A stretch of DNA of 64,000 nucleotides, taken from positions 942,561 through 1,006,560 of the forward strand of contig CAVRGW010000006.1 of assembly GCA_963720885.1 (NCBI GenBank). The letters are read 5' to 3'. The position numbers and the translations under genes are program-made. The notes under the pieces are model-generated. The model did no database searches. It saw only the letters and a program-made list of their open reading frames with translations, and was not told where the DNA came from. How positions within the stretch are numbered: the stretch's first letter is position 1; each line of letters begins with the position of its first letter. This document shows positions 1 to 9,731 of the stretch, piece by piece. This stretch comes from an uncultured Actinomycetes bacterium. Lineage in GTDB: Bacteria > Actinomycetota > Thermoleophilia > Gaiellales > JAICJC01.

Positions 1-596
1 CCGGGCGGACGAGGCATCACATGCCCGAACAGCAGCAGCGAGCCGTCGGGTGAGTAGGAGAACGGGATGTCCTCGCGGCCGTCGGGTGGCGTGGTGATCC
101 GACGCAGCTCACCGCCGTCGGAGGAGCGCACCGTATAGATCCCGACCTGCGCCGATGCGTGCTCGGCCCACCCGTCGAGCGCCAGCAGCGACCCGTCCGG
201 CGACCATGCCCCCGGGGCGAGGCCGAGCGCGCCCTTCGGAAGCGGGACGGCGTGGTAGTCGTGCCCGTCAGTGTCGAGCGTGGCGGTCGTAAGGCGCCCC
301 CCGGCGACATCCACCGCAACCATCATCCGTCGCCCATCGGCGGATAGGCTGAAGAAGCAACACTCGCCCTTGTCACCGAGGATCTCGCGCCTGTGGCTCC
401 CGTCGGTCGCAGCCGTGTAGACGGCGTCGACGTCGTCGGTGTGCAGGCCGAACACGATCCGACCGGCGGCGACGTCCGGCGAGCTGGTTCCGACCGAGGT
501 CGTGGAAGCCGTCGACGCCGAGCGGCTCCCGGAGCTACAGCTGCACGCGACCGCGATCCCGAGCAGTGTGACGAGGTTGAGCACCATCTTCATCAT
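1..596 (-). CDS. Lipoprotein with PD40/TolB-like beta-propeller repeats (3' end outside window)
   Basis: Own translation of the minus strand from ATG at 596. The frame is open to position 1, so it is absent from the ORF track. It reads MMKMVLNLVTLLGIAVACSCSSG..., a lipobox-like LGIAVAC followed by AWSPDGS and YSPDGS PD40-type motifs. GGAGG lies just upstream. Confidence 0.7.
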   Translation of the reverse strand, partial: MMKMVLNLVTLLGIAVACSCSSGSRSASTASTTSVGTSSPDVAAGRIVFGLHTDDVDAVYTAATDGSHRREILGDKGECCFFSLSADGRRMMVAVDVAGGRLTTATLDTDGHDYHAVPLPKGALGLAPGAWSPDGSLLALDGWAEHASAQVGIYTVRSSDGGELRRITTPPDGREDIPFSYSPDGSLLLFGHVMPRPP

Positions 597-730
597 CCAC
601 CTCCATCGAGTCGCAGCTGACTCTCGATGCGATCCTGCGAACCCCGCTCCCGCAACACATCCCTCCGGCGGAATCCGATTGTGCTGGGGATGCTTCACCT
701 CGTCCGTGCGCCACTCCGCGTGCGCCCTGT

Positions 731-1842
731 CTATGCCCGCGGCCGCCACGAAGGGCGAGCAGCACCGGTCACTGTGTGTCCGATGTTTCTGGTCATGCGG
801 GTGAGGCGGCTTCCGTTCGCATTCATTACGTATGTGCCCCGCAGGTCGCCGGTTCGGCTATCCGCCATGGCGAGCTTGCGGCCGTCGGGCGACCAGACGG
901 GCTGTCCGAAAACCCCGAGGTGTCGGCAACCGTCGGATTCGGTCACCGATGTGGCGTTCGGCGTGAGGTCGTCCCCAGTCGGTGAGATCAACCGGACTCC
1001 GCACGGACTCTGGTAGGCGATCACAGCTCCGCGTGGAGACCAGGCCGGCGCCTCTCCGTTCACGAGCCGTCGCCGCTGAGCACCCATCCAGCCGCATCAG
1101 GTAGATCGAACCCGAGCTTTCGAAGGCGATTCGTGTCCCATCCGGCGACCAGGTCGGAGACACCACGCGCCCGGCCAGGCCGGTCATCACGTGGAGGTGA
1201 CGGGATCGCGTCCGTCCGAACGAGATTGAGCACTCCGTCCGCCGCGACGCTGTAGGCGATCCAGGCGCCATCCGGTGACCACGCCGGATCCGCGAAGTCG
1301 AACCCGGCGTCGAGGTGGCGGTCATCGCCGGTCGACACGTCCACCACGTGTAGGCCGTCGTACTTCGCAGTCGTGGCGGCATAGGAGTTCACTGCGAGCG
1401 CGATTCGCCTTCCATCGGCCGACCAGGCGATGTCTTGAAGCTCCCAGCAGGGGCCCTCAGAGGATCCCGCCGCAGCGCACGACGAGCCTGCCCAGCCCAT
1501 CCGGCCCGGACTGATGTTGACACCGCCCTTCCCGTTCTCGTGGCTGATCACCGCGAGCGTCTCCGTTATGCACCAGCGTCGAGGCCGGTGCGACCCGGAT
1601 TCCGGTCGCCGGCTCCGGCTGACCCGTCGCCGTGAAATGTCCCCGACCCGTCGCCACCGCGACCGTACCCCAGCATTCCCAGTCCGGCGATGCCGACAAG
1701 CAGAATCGCGGCACTGCCCCGCCTCCGCCGCCGACCGCGCCCGACGACGAGCCTGCTCGATCAGCACCTGCGGGTCGTCGACCAAGTCAGGAAAATCCAC
1801 CTGTGGGTCTTCCACCGCTGACGGACATCTTGGGTCGTGCAC
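731..1842 (-). pseudogene. PD40/TolB-like repeat membrane protein, paralog 1, interrupted by at least four frame changes
   Basis: One homologous protein is split over ORFs 1060..1842, 858..1382 and 731..1087 (three frames). Its TM helix SAAILLVGIAGLGMLGYG is readable only after a further shift. WSPDG motifs repeat, and the C-terminus RPSWRPRA matches paralog 2. Confidence 0.6.
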
Positions 1843-1877
1843 CTCCGTCGATGTTCATGCTGGATTGCGCGGGATGA

Positions 1878-2974
1878 TTACGAGCGTGGTCGCCACGAAG
1901 GGCGGCCGATGCCGGCGGCGGTATGTCCCGTGATCGGGGTGACGCGGGTCAGGTGGGTACCGTCGGCATTCAGCACGTACGTGCCTTGGGCTGAGCCGTG
2001 CGTCCCGTCAGCGACGACAGCGATCTTGCGCCCGTCGGGTGACCAGACCGGTTCGCCGGGGACGCCGATGAGGTGTCGACACAGGCCGTAGGAGTGTGGG
2101 GTGCCGCCGGTTCCGGTCGGTGGGATCGAGCCGGATTCCACAGCGCGTGCGATAGGCGATCGTGGTTCCCAGTGGCGACGCACGCGGGTGAGGCCGACGC
2201 CGTGCGAGCAGGCGCCTGACCGGTTCCGTCCAGTCCGATGAACAGTAGATCGACTGACCGCTCTGGAAGGCCACGCGCGTGCCATCGGGAGACCAGGTAG
2301 GAGACGTGACCACACCCTGAGTGCCCGTCATCAACACGCTGTGTTGTGATCCATCGGCCTTGACGAAAGTAGATCCTGCCTGTGGCCCTGTTCATGCCGT
2401 TGGTGCCTCCGGAGTACGCCAACCACGAGCCGTCCGGCGACCACGCCAGGTCTGCCGTACCGTCGCGCCCGACCACGAAGCGGTCGCGCCCGGTCGCGAT
2501 GTCTCTCACATGAATGCCGTCCACCGGGCTCTCCAGAGCAACCGAATCCTCACCGAGAGCGATCTGCGACCCATCCGGAGACCAGGCGATGTCCTGAAGC
2601 TCCACGCAGCCGCCACAGGTCAGCGCGCGGACCCCCAGCCCGGCCCGCCCCACAACGTAGACGCCGCCATGAAACTCGTCCTGGCGGATCAGCATCAGCG
2701 GCCCATTCGCCATCAGCCCTGCCGCGGGCTCCACGTGGATCCCCACTGGCCGGTTCGCGGCAGCCGCCGGAGTCCCGTTCGTGGCTCCGCCTCGTCCATG
2801 GCCGACCGCGAACAGCGCGGCGACGCCAAGCAGAGCCCCAACGACGGCACCATTCCGCCAGCGACGCCGGCGCGCACGGCGCCGCGCCTCCTCGATCAGC
2901 GCAGCCTCACGACCAAACTCGCTGTGATCGGGCGATAGGACGGGCGGCTGATCGATCACCGGCAGTCTGCACAC
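1878..2974 (-). pseudogene. PD40/TolB-like repeat membrane protein, paralog 2, interrupted by about four frame changes
   Basis: ORF 1970..3163 carries the N-terminus (RRRARRRRW, a TM helix, WSPDG blades). ORFs 2008..2337 and 1878..2315 carry later parts. GRIYF continues as VKADGSQHSVLMTGTQGVVTSPTWSPDG in another frame at the A-run 2366-2368. The start, GTG 2974 or 2959, is uncertain. Confidence 0.6.
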
Positions 2975-2986
2975 CTCCCACAATAG

Positions 2987-2999
2987 AGTTATCATAACT
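2987..2999. promoter_or_regulatory. Perfect 13-bp palindrome AGTTAT-C-ATAACT, candidate operator in the divergent promoter
   Basis: Read directly in an AT-rich patch 10 nt upstream of the GntR-family ATG (3009), between it and the divergent PD40 paralog 2. Confidence 0.4.
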
Positions 3000-3008
3000 G
3001 GCACCATC

Positions 3009-3357
3009 ATGGATTTCAAGCTCGACAAGCAAAACCCCATCCCGCTGCACGACCAGGCCGCCGCGGCACTCCGCCGCGCCATCGCAGACGGCGAGGCGAA
3101 GCCAGGCGAGCGGCTGCCCCCGGCCAAAGACCTGGCTGCCGTGATGGACGTCAACACCAACACCGTGCTGCGCGCACTGCGCCAGCTCCGCGACGAGGGA
3201 CTGCCTCGAGTTCCGCCGCGGCCGAGGCATCACCATCGCTGGTGCCCCCGACCGCGCAGCCGTACTCGAACAGGCCCGGCTGCTGGTCGGACTGTCCCGA
3301 ACACACGGCTACCGCACGGATGAGCTGATCGACATCATCCACCACGTATCCGCCTGA
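3009..3357 (+). CDS. Short GntR-family (YtrA-like) transcriptional regulator, frame broken by one extra base near 3204
   Basis: The winged-HTH region PGERLPPAKDLAAVMDVNTNTVLRALRQLRDEGL lies in ORF 3009..3323. The canonical continuation LEFRRGRGITIAG...DELIDIIHHVSA is in the next frame from 3205 to the stop at 3355-3357. Confidence 0.75.
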
Positions 3358-3559
3358 TCCCTCGTCTCGTCCACGAGTCGCTCCGCGTGTATGCGCATAA
3401 GGCACGGGCGGTGCCGTAGGTGTTGCGCTGCCTGCTCCCTCGCCCTCCCGTTGCCCCACCCAGCGTGCATGCGATAGAGCTCCGCCCCCGACCCCCAAAT
3501 GCCAGCACCCAGGCCGGGAGTTTCGTGGCGGAGGGCCGAACGACTCCCCGGCGAGTAAA

Positions 3560-3640
3560 GTGGCGACTGTGATTATCGCGGCGCTCGTTCTGCTCGTGAT
3601 GGTGGCCGTGATGATCGCGATCGTGCTCCGCGGCGACTAA
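3560..3640 (+). CDS. Possible 26-aa hydrophobic micro-ORF (VATVIIAALVLLVMVAVMIAIVLRGD)
   Basis: GTG..TAA read by eye in a 420-nt gap. It forms a single TM-like helix. The RBS is weak and no homology can be judged. Confidence 0.15.
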   Translation: MATVIIAALVLLVMVAVMIAIVLRGD

Positions 3641-3781
3641 CCCCGGTGACGAGGCGTGCCTGCACGCGAGTCGTGCGGCCGATTGCCTAGGTCGCGTCTG
3701 CCAAGCTCGGCGGTCATGCCCACCGAGGTGAATGCACGGCGAGGCTGACGATCCATCTGACGTCATCGGCAACACCGTCGC

Positions 3782-4717
3782 CTAGACAGGTCGCCGCGAC
3801 GGCTTGTCGCACCGGCCGTCGATCCGGGTGTAGCGCGTGTCGCAGGGCGGGATGGGGGCGTGATCGTCGCTACTCGTCTTGATGTCGCGAACGGCCTGGG
3901 CGATTAGCTCCGGCTGATAGTTGAGAATCTCGTGGCCGCTCTTCGTCGCGGTCACATGGATGCTGTTCGTTGACAGTTTGGCCATCTCGTCCTGCCAGCG
4001 AAGCCATTTGGGTCGAAAGAAGCGTGGCAGCTGGTTCAGCTCACCCTCGGTCAGAACGACGAGCGGCAGGTCGCCCAGCGGCTGCGTGTGTTGCGCTCGC
4101 CGGCCGCTCGCGTCCAGATCGACCTTGGTCTCTCCCTCCAACTGCGGGTCAGCCCCGGCGAACTGATGCGTACTGCTGGCGTCCACCAGCACCATCCCGG
4201 CCACCAAGTCCGGGTGCTCGCTGCGGAAGACGCGGATGACCAGGCCGCCAAACGACCAGCCAACGAGGATGAACGGCGGCCGCTCGCTTGCTCGATCGAG
4301 CATCGTCGCCAGATCCTGGGCCATCGTCGCCGCCGAGGCGCGATCGGATGGCCGAGCATCGCTCCCCCCGGTGCCGGCCCGATCGTATGTGCAGACCCTG
4401 ACCGAGTCGCCGATCGCTGCTCGAACGTTGTTCCAGTCTCGGCCAATCGAGGCAAAGCCGTTCTCCAAGACCACGGTCGGCCCGCCGCGACCGCTGCATA
4501 GGAGTAGGAGGTGGTAGCCGCCGACGTCGACGAGTCGCTCGGTCGGCGTTATCGCGGTCACCGCCGCCGGCGTCACATTCGAAGCTGTCGTCGACCCGCT
4601 TGACGAAGCGCCTGACGAACCGCACCCGACAAGCATCAGTATCGACGCCGCCCCGCAGAGCAGGGCGCGCAGGGCTATGCCGGCGCTGCGACGCTTAGAA
4701 CGGCGGGATGTAGCCAT
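3782..4717 (-). CDS. Alpha/beta-hydrolase-fold lipoprotein
   Basis: ORF 3782..4777. Start chosen at internal M21 (MATSRRSKRR...LMLVGCGSS lipobox). The nucleophile elbow GWSFGG sits within VVLENGF...ILVGWSFGG. Confidence 0.8.
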   Translation of the reverse strand: MATSRRSKRRSAGIALRALLCGAASILMLVGCGSSGASSSGSTTASNVTPAAVTAITPTERLVDVGGYHLLLLCSGRGGPTVVLENGFASIGRDWNNVRAAIGDSVRVCTYDRAGTGGSDARPSDRASAATMAQDLATMLDRASERPPFILVGWSFGGLVIRVFRSEHPDLVAGMVLVDASSTHQFAGADPQLEGETKVDLDASGRRAQHTQPLGDLPLVVLTEGELNQLPRFFRPKWLRWQDEMAKLSTNSIHVTATKSGHEILNYQPELIAQAVRDIKTSSDDHAPIPPCDTRYTRIDGRCDKPSRRPV

Positions 4718-5129
4718 CCCGCTGCCGATCGGAGCCGCCGCCCAACTCCTGAAACCGGTCGTCGTGCACGCGAACATGCGGTACAGCCTCGTCGGGCGTT
4801 TCCATCTCCCCGCGGGCGTAGGCGATCGCCGCGAGCACGCCGACCACCAGCAGGAACCCGCCGACCAGTCGCAGGCCCAGAATCAGGTAGTCGACTCCGT
4901 GGATCGGCGTGGTATGCACCTGGATACCATGGACATACCTCACCTGCTCCGGCGTCGGATGCAGCCGAAAGCCCACGATGACCGCGGCCAGTCCCACGCC
5001 GAGCAAGACTGCGACCCACGGCACTTGTATCGCTCGTAACAAGCGCACTCGGCGATGATACACCTCTGGGACGAGCCGGGCGAGCGTGCTCGACTGCGCG
5101 CGTCGCAAACGCCGCGGGCTCGCGTTCAT
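4695..5129 (-). CDS. Hypothetical two-TM membrane protein
   Basis: C-terminal 144 aa of ORF 4695..5414, from MNASPRRLRR. Two hydrophobic helices (VPWVAVLLGVGLAAVIVGF and LVGGFLLVVGVLAAIAYA). The upstream part of the ORF is Arg/Ser-rich and unconvincing. Confidence 0.5.
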   Translation of the reverse strand: MNASPRRLRRAQSSTLARLVPEVYHRRVRLLRAIQVPWVAVLLGVGLAAVIVGFRLHPTPEQVRYVHGIQVHTTPIHGVDYLILGLRLVGGFLLVVGVLAAIAYARGEMETPDEAVPHVRVHDDRFQELGGGSDRQRDGYIPPF

Positions 5130-5340
5130 GCGTCGGCCCGCCGGGCATGTGGCAGTTACCTCCGCTTGGGAGTCCCTCGTCGCTTCGCGGTCAAGGTCGA
5201 GTTTCGGCTTCGTCCACACAGCGCGGCGATGTACTGCAGGGGTGCATTGGATCGAACCGTGCACCTGCGAGGGTAAGCGCGCGAAGCAGGACCCCGTGCT
5301 AAACGAGCCAGATTTCCCCGGGTCGTTCCGAGCCTGACGG

Positions 5341-5778
5341 CTACTGCCAGCGAGCCTCGAGGTCGTTCTGGTTCTCGTCGCCCATCCAGGGCACGGTCTG
5401 CTGAGAGCCGTCACGCCTGAAGTATGTGATGACCCCGTGGGCGACGACGAGTGGGCCAGGTGTCGGAGCAGTGACGAAGCCGGCGCTCCCCCAGCCGACG
5501 CTTCGCAGTCCTGAATGCATGAATTCTGGCTCCACCGTGGCGGTCATCATCCACTCGTCCTCTTCATCGCCGACGAGATCGTCGCATCGGTCATCGTCGA
5601 AGTTCCTATTCGGAAACATCTTGGTCTTGACGGCCCGGCCATGGCCCGGCTGCACGAGTTCGATCGTGACCTCGGCGCGCACATCACACCCATGGAACCG
5701 AAGCGGGCCGCACGCGACGACCTTGTGTCCGTCCTGGATCAGCGTCAGCGGCTGGTCGAACTTCGATCCGGCGCCCAT
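5341..5778 (-). CDS. Hypothetical 145-aa protein translationally coupled to the upstream cyclase gene
   Basis: ATG 5778 lies 1 nt after the cyclase stop (5780-5782) and is preceded by GGGGAG. The composition is acidic and balanced. No domain recognised. Confidence 0.6.
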   Translation of the reverse strand: MGAGSKFDQPLTLIQDGHKVVACGPLRFHGCDVRAEVTIELVQPGHGRAVKTKMFPNRNFDDDRCDDLVGDEEDEWMMTATVEPEFMHSGLRSVGWGSAGFVTAPTPGPLVVAHGVITYFRRDGSQQTVPWMGDENQNDLEARWQ

Positions 5779-5779
5779 C

Positions 5780-8700
5780 TCACTCCCCTCGTATCTGTTG
5801 CTGCGAAGTGGATATCCTCTCACGGTGTCGCCGGTCCTGCATAGCGGCGCCGGTCAACGCTTCGTCCGGCAACGAACCGATGTCCGCGTAGACGGCTGCC
5901 GCCTCACCTGAGCGCCCAGCCGCAAAGAGATGCGCAGCCTGTACCCATCGGCTGGGCAACGGGTAATCCGACGTTGCAGCGACGAAGGCCTCCCTGAGGC
6001 CCGGCAGCTCGCGTGCGGCAGCTGCAGAGCAGGCGAGCGACTCCGCGGAGATAGCAACCCCGATCCACCATCGGTCAAGCAGCTCCTCGAGCAGCTCCGC
6101 TCCCTCCAGCGCGCGGCCGTGTCGAACGTGAATCTGCGCCTGGAGCCCGAGCGCCGGAACGAAATACTGTGGCTCGCCGATCTCACGTGCAAGCGCAACC
6201 GCCTCCTCGGCGTGCCGTGACGCCAGCTCGCCGTTACCCGTCGCCAGATCCATCCGCCCGCACACCGCATGCGCATCGATCGTGTCGCCGTGAGTGGCAG
6301 CGCTGTCAGCGGCGGCAATGACTCGCTCGGCGATGGCCCGCGCCTCGTCCCATTCACCCGAGTGGTAGCAGATGCACGCAAGCGCTCCGTCGACCAGTCT
6401 GGTTGCGTACGCCAGACCGAGGCGGTGGGCTCGCTCCTTCGCGTGGACCTGGACGGCTCTCGCCTCCCGCAGGTCGCCAAGCGCGAGCAACGCGACGCCA
6501 TAGTTCTGCTCGATCATTGCGCCGTCGTATGACTCGAGATCGCGCGCAATCGCATACGCCCGCTGGAACTCCGCGATCCCGCGAACGTCCCCGCCCTGGA
6601 GGTACGCCAACGCGAGCGTCTGGTGGCTCCACGCGGCGAGGTCGTCGACCCCGACGGCTCTGGCGATCCGGCCTGACTCATCCGCCGCCTCGATCGCTTC
6701 GCTCAACCTTCCGCGCAGGGCGTATACGCTCGCAAGCGACACCAGTGCGCTCGCCTTCGCAGGTGATGGCGGAGCCGATTCGAGCAACGCGACACCGCGC
6801 AGCAGATGTACCAGCGCCTGCTCCTTGTGCCCCTGCTGGTCGTGCCAGAGGCCCACCTCGCTCTCGATCTCGGAGGCCGTCTCGAGGTCGCCACTTTCCG
6901 CGAGCTTGTCGGCGATCGACGCCAGATCCTCCGGTAGCACCTCCTCGCTGTACATACGCGCCTTGGCGTGCCGATACCGAAGCATGGGCGGGACGTCGTC
7001 GTCGTGCAGCTCGAACGCCGACCGGTAGAGGCGAGCGGCGGCCGCGTACGCACTCATGCCGAACGTCCTGTCGGCGGCTTCGAGCAGTGCCCCTCTCGCC
7101 CGGTCGGGCAGTCGATCGGCCACCCCAGAGGCGGCTCCGAGCTCGAGGGCGGTGACGTAGTGGTGCGCGAGGAGCTCAACACGGTCCGTGCGGTCACCGA
7201 GCGACTCGATCCACTCGGCCGCTCGAACGTGTTTGTCGGCGCGCGCCGAACGGACGATCTGCGCGTAGGCGACGTCGCGGACGAGCGCGTGCGTGAACGC
7301 GTATTGCGGCTCGGCGGCAACGGCGGTGTGGCGCTCGAGCCTGAGCAGCTGCTTGCGCCGCAGTGCCTGGAGCTGCCCATGGACGAAGGACGGGTCGCGT
7401 CGCTCGACGTGGGCGACCGCGCCAAGCCACACTACTTTGCCGATCACGGAGGCATCCTGGATGACGGCCTTTTCATCGGACGTCAGCGCGTCAAGGCGGG
7501 CGGCGATGATGCCGTGCACCGTTTCCGGGAGCGGCAGCTCGTCCTCGGTCGCGAGCGCCCAGCGGTCGTCGCGTCGGACGATGAGGCCGCGGTCGATCAG
7601 CATCCGCGTGTACTCCTGGGCGTACAGCGGATTCCCATGCGCCCGTTCGAGGAGGACGCCCTGGGCGGCAGCGGGAAGCGGCACCTCGTCGAGCAGCGCC
7701 GTGACGAGTGTCTCCGTCTCGCCGTCCGACAGCGGCGGCAGAACGAGCGTGCCCGAGCCGGACCACCATGCTGTGCGTCGCTCGAGCAGCTCCGGCCGCG
7801 CGGTACAGAGAACGAGGAGCGGGGTGTCGGTGGTCCACAGGAGAAGCTGCTCGATAAAGTCGAGCAGCGCCTCGTCCGCCCAGTGGAGATCCTCGAACAC
7901 GAGGACCAGCGGCGCCCGCCTAGCGAGCGCCTCGATGAACCGCCTCCATGCCGCGAAGGCTTCGACTTGGCGGTCCCCGCCGAGCTCCTGGCGGTTCTCC
8001 AGCCCCACCAGAGGGCGCAGCTCGGCGAGCAGCCAGTTTGCAGTCGTGGCATCGTCGGCGAGATTGACAATCACGCGGCGCAACTTGGCTCCGGCGGTCT
8101 CGGCGTCGTCCGAATGCAGGATGCCCGCCTCGGCCTTGACGATCTCCGCCAGCGCCCAGAATGTGACGCCGTCGCCGTATGGCAGCGAGCGGCCCTTGCG
8201 GCAGGTGATCTGCTCGGGGTCGGCGTCGATTCGCGCGAGAAACGCAGCGACGAGCCGGCTCTTGCCGATGCCGGGCGCTCCCACAACAGTTACGAGGCGC
8301 GGCGCGCGCATCTCTCTGACCACGCGGAGCGTCGACCAGAGATAGTCGAGTTGCGCTTCTCGGCCCACGAACGGCATCCGTGCCTCCGGCGTTTCGGCGT
8401 CCGCTGTCTCGCCGGCCTCCGCGATCCACACGGGCAACGGATCGCGCTTTCCCTTCACAGTCACCGTCTCCGCGTCCCGGTAACGGATCGCATCCCTTGT
8501 AGCCCGGTACGTGGCCTCGCCCACCAAGACACCGTCGACCGGAGCGATGGATTGCAAACGCGCAGCGGTGTTGATGACGTCGCCCGCTGCGAACGCTTCG
8601 CCGGCGTGCGGGTTGGCGTGGAGGGCGACCAGCGCCTCGCCGGTGCTCACGCCGACGCGAACGCGAACGGTGAACCCCGGGTCATTCTCACGCCGCTCTC

Positions 8701-9052
8701 GCACCGCCTGCTGGATTGCGAGGCCCGCCCGAACAGCCCGCTCTGCGTCGTCTTCGTGCGACACCGGTGCACCGAAGATCGCAACCACCGCATCGCCGAT
8801 GAATTTCTCAACCGTTCCACCGAAGCGCTCGAGCTCACGACGCACGAGGTCGTGATAGACGGACAGCGTGCGGCCGACGTCCTCGACGTCGAGCTCTTCG
8901 CTCATGGTGGTGAATCCGACCAGGTCGGCGAAGAGCGCTGTCACTATCTTGCGCTCCTCCCGCTCCGCGACCTCGGCGAGTTTCGCCCCGCATTGCGGAC
9001 AGAACCGTGCCTCGGAGGGAGCTGGTTTGCGACATACGGCGCAAACGCTCAT
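5780..9052 (-). CDS. Zinc-ribbon / class III adenylate-guanylate cyclase / AAA (STAND-like) ATPase / TPR multidomain protein
   Basis: ORF 5780..9106, start taken at MSVCAVCRK. CxxC...CPQC ribbon. Cyclase core VTALFADLVGFT...FIGDAVVAIFG. Walker A GAPGIGKSRL. Long TPR-like C-terminus. Confidence 0.9.
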   Translation of the reverse strand: MSVCAVCRKPAPSEARFCPQCGAKLAEVAEREERKIVTALFADLVGFTTMSEELDVEDVGRTLSVYHDLVRRELERFGGTVEKFIGDAVVAIFGAPVSHEDDAERAVRAGLAIQQAVRERRENDPGFTVRVRVGVSTGEALVALHANPHAGEAFAAGDVINTAARLQSIAPVDGVLVGEATYRATRDAIRYRDAETVTVKGKRDPLPVWIAEAGETADAETPEARMPFVGREAQLDYLWSTLRVVREMRAPRLVTVVGAPGIGKSRLVAAFLARIDADPEQITCRKGRSLPYGDGVTFWALAEIVKAEAGILHSDDAETAGAKLRRVIVNLADDATTANWLLAELRPLVGLENRQELGGDRQVEAFAAWRRFIEALARRAPLVLVFEDLHWADEALLDFIEQLLLWTTDTPLLVLCTARPELLERRTAWWSGSGTLVLPPLSDGETETLVTALLDEVPLPAAAQGVLLERAHGNPLYAQEYTRMLIDRGLIVRRDDRWALATEDELPLPETVHGIIAARLDALTSDEKAVIQDASVIGKVVWLGAVAHVERRDPSFVHGQLQALRRKQLLRLERHTAVAAEPQYAFTHALVRDVAYAQIVRSARADKHVRAAEWIESLGDRTDRVELLAHHYVTALELGAASGVADRLPDRARGALLEAADRTFGMSAYAAAARLYRSAFELHDDDVPPMLRYRHAKARMYSEEVLPEDLASIADKLAESGDLETASEIESEVGLWHDQQGHKEQALVHLLRGVALLESAPPSPAKASALVSLASVYALRGRLSEAIEAADESGRIARAVGVDDLAAWSHQTLALAYLQGGDVRGIAEFQRAYAIARDLESYDGAMIEQNYGVALLALGDLREARAVQVHAKERAHRLGLAYATRLVDGALACICYHSGEWDEARAIAERVIAAADSAATHGDTIDAHAVCGRMDLATGNGELASRHAEEAVALAREIGEPQYFVPALGLQAQIHVRHGRALEGAELLEELLDRWWIGVAISAESLACSAAAARELPGLREAFVAATSDYPLPSRWVQAAHLFAAGRSGEAAAVYADIGSLPDEALTGAAMQDRRHRERISTSQQQIRGE

Positions 9053-9426
9053 TGCGAGAGTGTACGAGCAATCGGCGGCGGCGTGGCCTGCTCGGCCTTT
9101 CCACATGACGTCCCATTAATGTCGTTCGAGCGGCCGCATGCGTACGCGGGCGCGCGCGAGGGCATTGGGTTGGCGAAGACACCGCACCCCCACATCCCGG
9201 GATCTAGAGCGGCATCCAGTAGGAGTCCCAGGTCGCTCGGCGGCCGTCTTGTCGGCAGCGGGGCGAGCTGGTTTCCGCGGAAACGGTCATCATCCGTCAC
9301 GGGACCGTGGCCGACAAGCAGCCTCCGATCGCGATTTGATTCAGATACAACGGCGGTCAGGTCTCGTGGTTGGGAGGCTGCTCGCCGAGGAGCCCGCGGA
9401 ATCTTCCTGACACTGCGGGTTGTCAG

Positions 9427-9499
9427 TACCCCCAACGGGATTCGAACCCGTGTTGCCGCCTTGAAAGGGCGGAGGCCTAGGCCACTAGCCGATGGGGGC
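9427..9499 (-). tRNA. tRNA-Glu (anticodon UUC)
   Basis: The reverse complement reads GCCCCCATCGGCTAGTGGCCTAGGCCTCCGCCCTTTCAAGGCGGCAACACGGGTTCGAATCCCGTTGGGGGTA. Anticodon loop CTTTCAA. T-arm ACGGG-TTCGAAT-CCCGT. Confidence 0.9.
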
Positions 9500-9542
9500 G
9501 CGGGACGCAGGATACCGGCCGCCCGGGAGCGGCCGGGTGGCG

Positions 9543-9731
9543 TCAGGCGGCCCCGACCGGATTGGAGGGGAGTGTGGCGAGGGCCGCCTGAAGCTGTTCC
9601 CACGCGGCCTGCTCGACTTGGAGGTAGCGGTCCGCCGAGACATCCTGTGTGGCTTCGAGATACGACTGCCACGCCGCGGCAGTCGTCAGGGGGAGGAAGC
9701 GGATGCCCGGGGTTGTTGTCGGATCGCTCAT
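9543..9731 (-). CDS. Hypothetical small protein (62 aa)
   Basis: Tail of ORF 9543..10148 from MSDPTTTPGIRF. The composition is plausible but no motif is recognised. Confidence 0.35.
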   Translation of the reverse strand: MSDPTTTPGIRFLPLTTAAAWQSYLEATQDVSADRYLQVEQAAWEQLQAALATLPSNPVGAA

